Origin: Eubacteriales bacterium
Lineage (GTDB): Bacteria; Bacillota; Clostridia; Oscillospirales; CAG-272
Assembly (NCBI GenBank): GCA_045587445.1
Contig: JAZNCH010000065.1
Location: 1,416-65,415, forward strand
DNA length: 64,000 bases
Reading direction: 5' to 3'
Shown here: piece after piece, positions 19,335 to 28,758 of the stretch
Position numbering within the stretch: the stretch's first letter is position 1
Layout of the letters: each line of letters starts with the position of its first letter
Made by a program: the position numbers and the translations under genes
Notes under the pieces: model-generated
Told to the model about the DNA's origin: nothing
The model's database searches: none
What the model saw: the letters and a program-made list of their open reading frames with translations, nothing else

Positions 19335-19411
19335 TGGTCGAGATGACAAGATTCGAACTTGCGACCTCTGCGTCCCGAACGCAGCGCTCTACCAAACTGA
19401 GCCACATCTCG
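19335..19411 (-). tRNA. tRNA-Pro (CGG)
   Basis: Cloverleaf; anticodon arm CTGCG-TT-CGG-GA-CGCAG, TTCGAA T-loop, encoded CCA; TTGACA-N17-TAGAAT promoter upstream. Confidence 0.97.
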
Positions 19412-19482
19412 TAATATTCTTCACACCACGATATTCTATCAAAATAATCACCTTTTGTCAATAGCTTTATCAAAAAGTCCGC

Positions 19483-19900
19483 AAAAAAACAAATAACCCT
19501 TGACTGCTCCATCTTATCTCGTATTGCAGTCAAGGGTTATTTCTGTTCACTCTTGATATCTAACATCAATTTAACCTCTCTTTCTTAGATTTTCTGCAAC
19601 CCATTTACTCTTTCTCCCCCGAACTTCTCATTCACAACTCTTCAACTTATTCACTTCTACTGCTCTTTACAAGCGAGCACACTTTCTTCGGTTATGTTCG
19701 GTTGTCATTCTTGGGTTGGTTTTGGGTCCTACAAAAACTTAAAATATCTTCTGTTTGTCTTTGCTTTCTGACTAAACGTTATTTGAAAACCTTTTACCTT
19801 CACTTTCTATATAAATGGCTTTTCGTTTAACCCCTTAGTCTTCCGCCTTCAAAAGACTTCGGTTTTTGTTTACTTGTACATTGGACTCACCCTTTCTTCG
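19483..19900 (-). ncRNA. Candidate ~415-nt purine-rich RNA (micro-ORFs only)
   Basis: TTGCAA-N17-(TG)TATTAT promoter, 17-bp-stem terminator 19491-19542, no long ORF. Confidence 0.55.
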
Positions 19901-20054
19901 CTTATATAATATCATATCTGCAACACTTTTGCAATTCGCAAATTATACAAACTTCACTAATTTATTTTATTCACATAGCAGAATTTATGCATTTTCACCT
20001 ACAAATTTGTTAATTTCCGTTGACAATAACATTACCATATGTTATAATGTATAT

Positions 20055-20172
20055 ATTGTTGTACAATAGGTACATCCAAAAAATTGTTTAAAAATTTTCT
20101 TTCTTCATATTTACGCTCCTTTAGTAAAAATAAAGCCTGCATTGTTTTCCTCGGCAATGCAGGTTTTATTTT
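20055..20172 (+). ncRNA. Candidate ~115-nt sRNA with an anti-SD tract
   Basis: TTGACA-N17-(TG)TATAAT at 20020-20048; terminator 20129-20172. Confidence 0.55.
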
Positions 20173-20324
20173 TTATTTATTATTGTCATTTTTTTGTAAT
20201 GTACAATTATTATAACAAAATAGACTTATAGTTTTCAAGCCGCTTTTCCTAATAGAATTTCTTTTTCTCAAACAAAACAAAAATAAAGAGTAATACCCAT
20301 ATCCAAAGATATTACCCTATATTT

Positions 20325-21449
20325 TCATTCGATTTTTATTCTTTTTTCAGCTAATCTCCTATTAACGTACCCTTTCAAAATCGTATAGATTACCGCAGTT
20401 AAAGGAATGAAGAAGATGATACCAAAAAGACCTAAAATGTTACCGCCCACGAGTGCCGCCAAGAGTGTAAGCAAGGGAGAAAGTCCAACCGAACCGCCTA
20501 CAACATGCGGATAGATGAACTGCGTCTCAACAAATTGTATAACACAGAAGATTATGATACTCACAAGTGCCTGCATAGGACTCACGAGCAAAATAAGGAA
20601 AGCTCCGATAAAACAAGCGGCAAATGCGCCAACGTAGGGAACAAAAGCCGATATACCGGTTAAAATACCGATAAGTCCCGCGTAAGGCAAACGGAAGATA
20701 GCAAAAGCTATGGTAATAAGCAAACCGAGTATACAAGCCTCAATACACTGTCCGGAAAGATACTGCGAAAAAATTCTGTTTGAAAGCTTTGCAACGTCGC
20801 ACACCTTGTCGGCAAAGTTTTTTTTCGTAAAAGTATAAAGAAGCTTCTTTGCCTGTCTTGAAACCGTATCTTTGCTTACAAGAACGTAGAGCGAAATAAC
20901 AAGAGCAAAAATAACACTTGCAACTCCCGAAACGGTATTGGAAGCAAAAGCTATTACTGAACCGAGAACAGTTTCAGCCCCCGAACCGATTTTATCAATA
21001 AGGCTGTTAATATCAATGGATGAAAACCAAGCACTAACGCTTGTAGCGTCAACATCATGTTTTTCAAGAAACTTAACAAGCTCGGGAATTTTATCTTTAA
21101 GAATATTGTAAATACTTTTTACCGAATCGACGATTTCGGGGATAGCGAGTGTTGCGACAAGAGTCAACACCAAGCATACGCAAATAAGGGTAAAAACAAG
21201 GCAGATAATATAGATTATACGTTTGGGTAACTTTTGGGTTTTCGGAAACGACCAATAAAGCAATCTTTCAAATGACTTCATAGGAACGTTAAGCACAAAT
21301 GCGATTATAAGACCTATTATAATAGGCAGGATAAGCTTTCCGATGGCAATAACCAATCCCAATATCGCTCTGATTTTGGTTACCCCGACAAAAAGCACTA
21401 TTGCAAATGCAATAAGAATCATTATACTTCGCATTAATTTTTTGTCCAC
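20325..21449 (-). CDS. AI-2E family transporter
   Basis: Multi-TM protein; YLSGQ, FVPYVG, QFVE...YP.VVG..VGL. Confidence 0.9.
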   Translation of the reverse strand: MDKKLMRSIMILIAFAIVLFVGVTKIRAILGLVIAIGKLILPIIIGLIIAFVLNVPMKSFERLLYWSFPKTQKLPKRIIYIICLVFTLICVCLVLTLVATLAIPEIVDSVKSIYNILKDKIPELVKFLEKHDVDATSVSAWFSSIDINSLIDKIGSGAETVLGSVIAFASNTVSGVASVIFALVISLYVLVSKDTVSRQAKKLLYTFTKKNFADKVCDVAKLSNRIFSQYLSGQCIEACILGLLITIAFAIFRLPYAGLIGILTGISAFVPYVGAFAACFIGAFLILLVSPMQALVSIIIFCVIQFVETQFIYPHVVGGSVGLSPLLTLLAALVGGNILGLFGIIFFIPLTAVIYTILKGYVNRRLAEKRIKIE

Positions 21450-21485
21450 AAAACTCCACCCCTTTTCACTTGTTAATTATAAATA

Positions 21486-21713
21486 TCAGCCAAATAGTCC
21501 TTTTTTCTCCGTAACGGAAACAACCTCAAAGCCCAAGGAATCTACTGCTTTTTTAAGTGTGTCATCAGCAACGTCTGTTTTAAGCGTTACGACAGCGATT
21601 TTTTTTGCAAGATTTACTTTTGCGCTGACACCCTCAATGGAATTCAATGCATTTTCAACCTTAGCACTGCACTTTGGACAATGCATACCGTTTATTTCAA
21701 TAATTTTTTTCAT
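21486..21713 (-). CDS. copZ: Heavy-metal-associated (HMA) domain chaperone, CopZ-like
   Basis: GMHCPKC motif, 75 aa. Confidence 0.8.
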   Translation of the reverse strand: MKKIIEINGMHCPKCSAKVENALNSIEGVSAKVNLAKKIAVVTLKTDVADDTLKKAVDSLGFEVVSVTEKKGLFG

Positions 21714-21733
21714 ATAAAGTTTCCTTTACTAAA

Positions 21734-22174
21734 TTACTTATCAAATGAATTTACAAGGTCGACACGTCTCTGGTGTCTACCGCCCTCATACTCGGTGGTA
21801 AGGAAAGCGTTAACAATCTCAAATGCAAGACCTGCACCAACCACTCTTTCACCGAAGCAAAGAACGTTTGCATCATTGTGCTGTCTTGTTGCTTTTGCGG
21901 AAAACGTATCGTAAACACAAGCGGCTCTAATACCCTTATGCTTGTTGGCAACCATAGACATACCTATACCGGTACCGCAAACAAGAATACCCTTGTCTGC
22001 CTTTCCCTCTTGAATTGCAGTACAAAGCTTGTGAGCAAATTCGGGATAGTCTACCGATTCTGCGGAATTTGTACCGAGGTCGATATATGCAATATTCTTT
22101 TCTTCAAGATATTTTTTCACCTGCTCTTTGAGAGCAAAACCTGCGTGGTCGCTTGCTATTACAATTGGTAACAT
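21734..22174 (-). CDS. rpiB: Ribose 5-phosphate isomerase B
   Basis: SDHAG, DYP, CGTGIG, HNDAN, GGRH.RR. Confidence 0.95.
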   Translation of the reverse strand: MLPIVIASDHAGFALKEQVKKYLEEKNIAYIDLGTNSAESVDYPEFAHKLCTAIQEGKADKGILVCGTGIGMSMVANKHKGIRAACVYDTFSAKATRQHNDANVLCFGERVVGAGLAFEIVNAFLTTEYEGGRHQRRVDLVNSFDK

Positions 22175-22208
22175 AAAATAATCCTTCTTTCTGCTGTGAT
22201 TTAGTAGT

Positions 22209-22916
22209 TTAATTATTGTTAAGTCTTTCAAGTCTTTCGCGTTCCGCTTGGGGAACACGAAGATAAACGGGTTTTATATTTCTGTCGCTGTAGTCATCTT
22301 CGGGATTGTTTTTATATTTGGCTAAAGCCACCAAAGAAACGGAATATGCATTTTGTTCACGAAGAAGAACCGGTGTGTTTGCAAAGGCGACGTCTATATT
22401 CTTTGAAGCCAAATCATATCCGTCTCCACATAAGTATATGTTTTTGTCTGAATAATTTTCCTTAAGCTCAGCCTCAAGCTCTTTAAGAGGTATCGCTCTA
22501 TCCTCGGTAAGTCTTACCAAAGTTTGACCGTCGGACAAAAACAAAGCGTTATATACTTGCTCTCTTCTTGCGTCCATAACGGGACATATTATACCAATAA
22601 AGCCTTTTAAATTATATGCCAAAGCTTCAAGAGTAGATACGCCGACACAAAGTTTTTGTTTGCCAAAGGCAAGACCTTTAAGAAGCGACATACCTATTCT
22701 TACTCCGGTAAAGGAGCCTGGACCATTTGATATGGCGAACATATCAATTTCATCAATATCGGTCTGTGCAGTCGCCAAAGCGTTTTCTACCATAGGCAAA
22801 AGCGTTTCGCTGTGATTTAACCCCGCCGTTACCGAATATATGCTTATAAGCCTTTCATCTTCGCAAATACTCACCGTAGCCGTCTTTGCCGTAGAATCAA
22901 TGGCAAGAATCTTCAT
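22209..22916 (-). CDS. tsaB: t6A biosynthesis protein TsaB
   Basis: LAIDS, GPGSFTGVRIG, DARR, P.YLR. Confidence 0.95.
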   Translation of the reverse strand: MKILAIDSTAKTATVSICEDERLISIYSVTAGLNHSETLLPMVENALATAQTDIDEIDMFAISNGPGSFTGVRIGMSLLKGLAFGKQKLCVGVSTLEALAYNLKGFIGIICPVMDARREQVYNALFLSDGQTLVRLTEDRAIPLKELEAELKENYSDKNIYLCGDGYDLASKNIDVAFANTPVLLREQNAYSVSLVALAKYKNNPEDDYSDRNIKPVYLRVPQAERERLERLNNN

Positions 22917-22923
22917 AGAAATA

Positions 22924-23379
22924 TTACTCCGTTACTCTTTCAATTTTAATAAGTCTGCCGTTACCCGAATCGGTCTTTGAAATATCCACGCGATAGTAGC
23001 TACGCGGAATCGCATAGGGGATATTTTCGCACCATTCAGCAACGATAATACAGTTTTTATAATCGTAAAAACCTGTAGATTCAAGGTCGTCTTCGCTTGT
23101 AATTCGGTACATATCGTAATGGCAAATTCGATATTCTCCCCTGTATTCGTTGACAAGCGCATAGGTAGGACTCTGAACGAAATCGTCGGGGCAAATAACC
23201 GATGCCAAACCACGCACGAATACGGTTTTGCCTACGCCAACGTCGCCGTAAAGTGCAATAAAGAGATTGTCTTTGTTAAGAGTTGGCATAACCGTGCGTA
23301 CCGATTCCGCAAATTCTCTTGCAACAGCCTCCGTCTCTTCCGGGGAGGCTGTTGCAATTTGTTTTATAACTTCAACCAT
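22924..23379 (-). CDS. tsaE: t6A biosynthesis ATPase TsaE
   Basis: GDVGVGKT, SPTY, HYDMYR, EW. Confidence 0.93.
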   Translation of the reverse strand: MVEVIKQIATASPEETEAVAREFAESVRTVMPTLNKDNLFIALYGDVGVGKTVFVRGLASVICPDDFVQSPTYALVNEYRGEYRICHYDMYRITSEDDLESTGFYDYKNCIIVAEWCENIPYAIPRSYYRVDISKTDSGNGRLIKIERVTE

Positions 23380-23389
23380 ATTTATTATA

Positions 23390-25063
23390 TTAGAACAAAC
23401 CGGTAATCTTGCCGTCATCATCAACGTCAATGTTTTCTGCGGCGGGAACTTTGGGAAGACCGGGCATGGTCATAATGTTACCGGTCAATACAACGATGAA
23501 GTGTGCACCTGCAGAAAGCGTAACGTCGCGAACAGTTACGGTGAAGCCGGAAGGTCTTCCGAGAAGTGTCTGGTCGTCGGAAAGCGAATACTGTGTCTTT
23601 GCAACGCAGATGGGATACTTCTTGTATTTTTCGTCAAGAGCTTCGATTTGTCTGATAGCGTTGAGTGCGGGAGCAGTAAAGTTTACACCGTCTGCACCGT
23701 AAATATCTTTTGCAACCTTTTCAATTTTTTCGCAGATGGAAAGGTTTTCGTCATAGATAAACTTAAAGTTTGAGGGCTTTTCACAAGATTCAACGACTTT
23801 TTTAGCCAATTCAATACCGCCGTCACCACCCTTTGCGAATACGTCGGAAAGAGCAAATTCTGCACCCAGTCTCTTACAAGTATCTTCGATGAATTTAAGT
23901 TCAGCGTCTGTGTCGGTGTCAAAGCGGTTTATTGCGACAACGCAAGGAACACCGAATTTTGCAATATTTTCAATGTGGGCTTCAAGGTTACAGATACCCT
24001 TCTTCAAGGCTTCAAGATTTTCAGCCTTAAGATCTGTCTTGGGAACCCCACCGTTATATTTAAGCGCGCGAACAGTCGCAACAAGTACGATTGTAGAGGG
24101 AGCAATACCAGCCATACGGCACTTGATGTCAAGGAACTTTTCAGCCCCAAGGTCAGCACCGAAGCCCGCTTCTGTAATTGCGTAGTCAGCAAGCTTCATA
24201 GCAAGCTTTGTAGCTCTTACAGAGTTACAACCGTGAGCGATGTTGGCAAAAGGACCGCCGTGAATAAGTGCGGGTGTGTTTTCGAGTGTCTGTACAAGGT
24301 TAGGCTTTAATGCGTCTTTAAGAAGAGCGGTCATGGCACCGTTAGCCTTAATATCGCGGCAGTAAACGGGGCTGCCGTCATATTTGTAAGCTATAAGAAT
24401 ATCGCCAAGTCTTTCTTTAAGGTCAGAAACAGAATCAGCAAGACAAAGGATAGCCATAACTTCACTTGCAACCGTAATCATAAAGTGGTCTTCACGCGGA
24501 ATACCGTCAACCTTTGAACCGAGACCGCATATAGTGTTACGGAGTGCTCTGTCGTTAGTATCGGTAACTCTCTTGAAGAGGATACGTCTCTGGTCAATAC
24601 CGAGAGCGTTGCCCTGATGGAGATGGTTGTCTATCATAGCGCAAAGGAGATTGTTTGCCGCAGTAATAGCGTGGAAGTCGCCTGTGAAGTGGAGGTTAAT
24701 ATCTTCCATAGGTACGACCTGAGCGTAACCGCCGCCTGCAGCACCGCCCTTAACTCCGAACACGGGACCAAGAGAGGGCTCGCGGAGAGCTATAACAGCA
24801 TTCTTACCGATTTTTTCCATAGCCTGTCCGAGACCAATGGTTGTGGTAGTTTTACCCTCGCCGGCTGGGGTAGGATTGATAGCGGTAACAAGGATAAGTT
24901 TACCGTCTTTTTTGTCGGAATTACGTTTGATAAAATCGTTAGTAATTTTAGCTTTATATTTTCCGTAATGTTCAAGTTCGTCGGGAGTTACGCCCAACTT
25001 TTCAGCAATTTCGGAAATAGGTTTCATTTTAGCCTGTTGAGAAATTTGAATGTCTGTAAGCAT
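23390..25063 (-). CDS. fhs: Formate--tetrahydrofolate ligase
   Basis: [38 protein letters not shown]. Confidence 0.97.
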   Translation of the reverse strand: MLTDIQISQQAKMKPISEIAEKLGVTPDELEHYGKYKAKITNDFIKRNSDKKDGKLILVTAINPTPAGEGKTTTTIGLGQAMEKIGKNAVIALREPSLGPVFGVKGGAAGGGYAQVVPMEDINLHFTGDFHAITAANNLLCAMIDNHLHQGNALGIDQRRILFKRVTDTNDRALRNTICGLGSKVDGIPREDHFMITVASEVMAILCLADSVSDLKERLGDILIAYKYDGSPVYCRDIKANGAMTALLKDALKPNLVQTLENTPALIHGGPFANIAHGCNSVRATKLAMKLADYAITEAGFGADLGAEKFLDIKCRMAGIAPSTIVLVATVRALKYNGGVPKTDLKAENLEALKKGICNLEAHIENIAKFGVPCVVAINRFDTDTDAELKFIEDTCKRLGAEFALSDVFAKGGDGGIELAKKVVESCEKPSNFKFIYDENLSICEKIEKVAKDIYGADGVNFTAPALNAIRQIEALDEKYKKYPICVAKTQYSLSDDQTLLGRPSGFTVTVRDVTLSAGAHFIVVLTGNIMTMPGLPKVPAAENIDVDDDGKITGLF

Positions 25064-25216
25064 TTTCATGCCCTCCGATAACATTATTTTGTAATTAAAT
25101 ACAATTATATCATATTTTTTTAAAAAGTGGAATATATAAATTAAATATTTTTCAAAAAATATGCAAAAAATATTGCTTTGTTAACACCTATAGATACTTT
25201 TATCTACACAAAACGC

Positions 25217-25245
25217 TTTACATAAAAAATTATTTGTGATATAAT
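25217..25245 (+). promoter_or_regulatory. SigA promoter for tRNA-Arg
   Basis: TTTACA-N17-(TG)TATAAT. Confidence 0.6.
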
Positions 25246-25377
25246 AAGTAAACCCACTTTCTTTTAAGGAAAGCTTGGCAAAGAACTTGCCTCTCTGGTT
25301 TGTACTACAATTCTTTATTTGTACAATCCCAAACAATATACATCTTCCCTATTCACTATTACTTATTACTTCAATTT

Positions 25378-25454
25378 CTGCCCGTGGCACAGCTGGATAG
25401 CGCGTCAGACTCCGACTCTGAAGGCCGCAGGTTCGAATCCTGTCGGGCAGGCCA
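25378..25454 (+). tRNA. tRNA-Arg (CCG)
   Basis: Acceptor stem CTGCCCG/CGGGCAG, anticodon arm TCAGA-CT-CCG-AC-TCTGA, GGTTCGAATCC, encoded CCA. Confidence 0.97.
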
Positions 25455-25493
25455 GAAAAGATAAAAGCATACCTTGTGTGTGCTTTTATTTTT

Positions 25494-25614
25494 TGCTCGA
25501 TAGGATTCGAAGGGGAAACGGTAGTGAATTGACAGTCCGGTGGACTGTCAAGAGCCGTGGAAGACCGAGCGCGTAGGTCGCGCGAGACCGAATCCTGTCG
25601 GGCAGGCCAGAAAA
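25494..25614. mobile_element. tRNA-3'-end-derived miniature element or attachment-site scar
   Basis: Inverted copy (25494-25511) and direct 26-bp copy (25589-25614) of the tRNA-Arg 3' end, flanking internal hairpins. Confidence 0.6.
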
Positions 25615-25801
25615 AGCATCGGCTTTGTCGGTGCTTTTTTTAATAAAAGCCCCCTTTCGGCAAGTAAAATTGCTTTGCAAATGATAAAGAAAAATTTTTT
25701 AAAGTTTTTGGGGTTCTAAAACCCTTTTTTCAAAAAATGTTTTAGGAAAACACAAAACAAAAATGCCCGTTTTCACGGGCATTTTCTATTTTTGATTATA
25801 C

Positions 25802-28120
25802 TTACTTCTTTTTAAAGAAGCCGAAAAGACCTTTGCTTTCAGTTTCCGCCGGAGCTTCAACCTTAGGTTCTTCAACCTTGGGAGCTTCTTCTATGGGAGC
25901 TTCGTACTTATGTTCATCTCTGTTGTAAGGACGTCTGTTGGAATTTTCTCTGTACTTATCTCCGCCGTTATTGTTACGCGGTCTGTTGTTATTGTTCTGG
26001 GGACGTCTTTCTCTTTCCTCATAGCCTTCAGGCTTGGGCATAGCGTCTTTTCTTGAGAGGTTGAGTCTTCCCTTTTCGTCAGTTCCCATAAACTTAACTG
26101 TAATTACATCGCCTTCGTTGCAAACGTCTTCAACCTTTTCAACTCTCTTATAGTCGAGTTTGCTGATATGAACGAGACCTTCCTTACCGGGAGCAAATTC
26201 AACGAACGCACCTATCGGAATAACTCTTGTAACTTTACCTGTATAGATAGCACCAACCTCGGGTTCAAATACGATACCGTCGATTATAGTCTTAGCTGCA
26301 TAAGCACTGTCTCTGTTAACTGCGGAAATATAGATTGTGCCGTCGTCTTCAATATCAATCTTAGCACCTGTATCAGCAACAATCTTCTGAATAACCTTAC
26401 CGCCGGAACCAATAACTTCTCTTATCTTATCGGGATTAATATGCATTGTAAGCATCTTAGGAGCGTATTCGGAAACGTCAGCTCTTGCTTCGGGAATAGC
26501 CTTGAGAAGAATCTCATCAATAATATAATCTCTGCCCTTGTGAGTAACTTCAAGAGCGTTCTTAATAATTTCGGGCGTAAGACCGTCAATCTTAAGGTCC
26601 ATCTGAATAGATGTAATACCCTTGTGAGTACCTGCAACCTTAAAGTCCATATCGCCGTAGAAGTCTTCAAGGCCCTGAATATCAATCATAGTCATCCAAC
26701 GTTCGCCTTCGGTAATAAGACCGCATGAAATACCTGCAACAGGAGCCTTAATCGGAACACCTGCGTCCATAAGAGCAAGTGTAGAACCGCAAACGGAAGC
26801 CTGAGAGGTTGAGCCGTTTGAGCTGATAACTTCGGATACGCATCTGATAGCATAGGGGAATTCATCAACAGAAGGGAGTACGGGAACGAGAGAACGTTCA
26901 GCCAAAGCACCGTGGCCTATTTCACGTCTGCCGGGACCTCTTGATGACTTAGCTTCACCAACGGAGTAACCGGGCATATTGTAGTGGTGCATATATCTCT
27001 TTGTTTCTTCGGTATCAATACCGTCGAGCATCTGAGCATCGCCTATGGGACCGAGAGTTGCAATAGTCATAACCTGAGTCTGTCCGCGAGTGAACATACC
27101 GCTACCGTGTGTTCTGTTGAACAAGCCAACTTCAGCAGCAAGGGGTCTAATCTGATCCATTCTTCTTCCGTCAACACGTTTGCCGTCTTCAAGGAGCCAA
27201 CGACGTACGATCTTCTTCTGAATCTTATAAATAAGCTCGCCGATAATATCGGGCATTTCGGGATATTCTTCGCTGAACTTTTCAACGATAGCGTCTGTTA
27301 TTGGCTGCATTCTTTCGTCTCGAACGTTTTTGTCGTCTGTATCAAGAGCGAACATAACGTCTTTTTCGCAGAAGTCAAATACCTTGTCAAACATATCGTG
27401 GTCGAATTCGCAAGAGGGATAGTCAAACTTAGGTTTGCCTACTTCTGCAACAATAGTATTGATAAAGTTACAAATATTCTTAATTTCTTCGTGAGCTACC
27501 ATAATAGCGTTGTACATATCGTCATCGCTAACTTCTTTAGCACCGGCTTCAATCATAACAACTTTGTTAAGGCTACCTGCAACGGTAAGCTCAAGGTCGC
27601 TCTTTTCTCTCTGCTCAACTGTGGGGTTAAGCACAACCTGTCCGTCAACCAAGCCTACGAACACGCCTGCGATAGGACCGTTCCACGGAATATCGGAAAT
27701 AGAAAGGGCGATAGAAGCACCAATCATGCCTGCGATTTCGGGGCTGTTGTCGTTGTCAACACAAAGCACGGTAAGGCTGAGGTTAACGTCGTTACGAAGA
27801 TCCTTAGGGAACAAAGGTCTTATAGGTCTGTCGATAACGCGTGATGTAAGGATAGCCTTTTCAGAGGGCTTCCCTTCTCTCTTAAGATAACCGCCGGGAA
27901 TTCTTCCGACAGCATAAAGTCTTTCTTCAAAATCAACCGAAAGGGGCAAAAAGTCGATACCGTCTCTGGGTTTTGCACTTGCAGTTGCGGTCGCAAGAAT
28001 AACCGTGTCGCCAAAACGAACCAAGCAGGAGCCGTTTGCAAGACCTGCCATTTTGCCTGTTTCGATTACAAGCTTTCTTCCTGACAATTCATACTCGAAT
28101 GTCTTAAAATTCTCAAACAT
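25802..28120 (-). CDS. pnp: Polyribonucleotide nucleotidyltransferase
   Basis: Two RNase PH domains (RREIGHG, SNGSTS, DMDFKV), KH and S1 domains. Confidence 0.98.
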   Translation of the reverse strand: MFENFKTFEYELSGRKLVIETGKMAGLANGSCLVRFGDTVILATATASAKPRDGIDFLPLSVDFEERLYAVGRIPGGYLKREGKPSEKAILTSRVIDRPIRPLFPKDLRNDVNLSLTVLCVDNDNSPEIAGMIGASIALSISDIPWNGPIAGVFVGLVDGQVVLNPTVEQREKSDLELTVAGSLNKVVMIEAGAKEVSDDDMYNAIMVAHEEIKNICNFINTIVAEVGKPKFDYPSCEFDHDMFDKVFDFCEKDVMFALDTDDKNVRDERMQPITDAIVEKFSEEYPEMPDIIGELIYKIQKKIVRRWLLEDGKRVDGRRMDQIRPLAAEVGLFNRTHGSGMFTRGQTQVMTIATLGPIGDAQMLDGIDTEETKRYMHHYNMPGYSVGEAKSSRGPGRREIGHGALAERSLVPVLPSVDEFPYAIRCVSEVISSNGSTSQASVCGSTLALMDAGVPIKAPVAGISCGLITEGERWMTMIDIQGLEDFYGDMDFKVAGTHKGITSIQMDLKIDGLTPEIIKNALEVTHKGRDYIIDEILLKAIPEARADVSEYAPKMLTMHINPDKIREVIGSGGKVIQKIVADTGAKIDIEDDGTIYISAVNRDSAYAAKTIIDGIVFEPEVGAIYTGKVTRVIPIGAFVEFAPGKEGLVHISKLDYKRVEKVEDVCNEGDVITVKFMGTDEKGRLNLSRKDAMPKPEGYEERERRPQNNNNRPRNNNGGDKYRENSNRRPYNRDEHKYEAPIEEAPKVEEPKVEAPAETESKGLFGFFKKK

Positions 28121-28160
28121 TTTCTTCCTCCGTTTTCATTTCTTCTTTTTCTTCAACTTA

Positions 28161-28236
28161 CGGACATAGGTTTTAGCACTTAAATAACTGTCCGAAGCTT
28201 TTCGGGCAACCATTTAATTGCTAAACCGCTATGCCG
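28161..28236 (-). promoter_or_regulatory. Long hairpin in the pnp leader (candidate RNase III site)
   Basis: CGGACATAGG-TTTAGCACTTAAAT...ATTTAATTGCTAAA-CC-CTATGCCG imperfect inverted repeat. Confidence 0.55.
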
Positions 28237-28315
28237 CATTTGGTTTTAAAAATAATGTTTGTTGTATAAACTTATAGGGCAGAACCGTAAAAATTCTGCC
28301 CCATTTAAGCGTGTT

Positions 28316-28579
28316 TTATTTACGGATACCGAGTTTTTCGATAATAGCACGATAACGGTTGATATCCTTCTTTGTGAGATAACCAAGAAGATTTCTTCTA
28401 CGTCCAACCATCTTGAGCAAACCGCGTCTTGAGTGGTGGTCGTTGGGGTTCTTCTTAAGATGCTCTGTGAGGCTGTTGATTCTATCTGTAAGGATAGCAA
28501 TCTGTACCTCGGGGGATCCTGTGTCTCCGTCATGAAGCTTGTTTGCTTCAATAACCTGCAATTTCTGTTCTTTCAACAT
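28316..28579 (-). CDS. rpsO: 30S ribosomal protein S15
   Basis: [18 protein letters not shown]. Confidence 0.98.
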   Translation of the reverse strand: MLKEQKLQVIEANKLHDGDTGSPEVQIAILTDRINSLTEHLKKNPNDHHSRRGLLKMVGRRRNLLGYLTKKDINRYRAIIEKLGIRK

Positions 28580-28584
28580 AATCT

Positions 28585-28685
28585 TTCACCTCATAAAATA
28601 TTTCGTAAAGACTAAGCCAAGCGGTCGGTGAAGCAAAGCTTTTTCGCTTTTTTGTCCGCAAACCGAGTCTACGATTTCATACCTT
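28585..28685 (-). promoter_or_regulatory. Structured rpsO leader (putative S15 autoregulatory RNA)
   Basis: CGTAGACT...AGTCTTTACG closing stem with internal hairpins between the promoter and RBS. Confidence 0.5.
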
Positions 28686-28758
28686 GTTAATATAACACAT
28701 TTCCAATAATTTGTAAATAGATTTGCATTATTTAACATTTTGTTTACATTTTAGAATA

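Noticed and set aside
19220-19533. ORFs spanning tRNA-Pro (similar ones at 25319-25680 span tRNA-Arg and its adjacent element)
   Set aside because: They are translations of tRNA, terminator and repeat sequence
26168-27890. Long antisense ORFs over pnp (likewise over pfp, fhs, purH, smc)
   Set aside because: Shadow frames of highly biased genes, with no RBS or recognisable motifs
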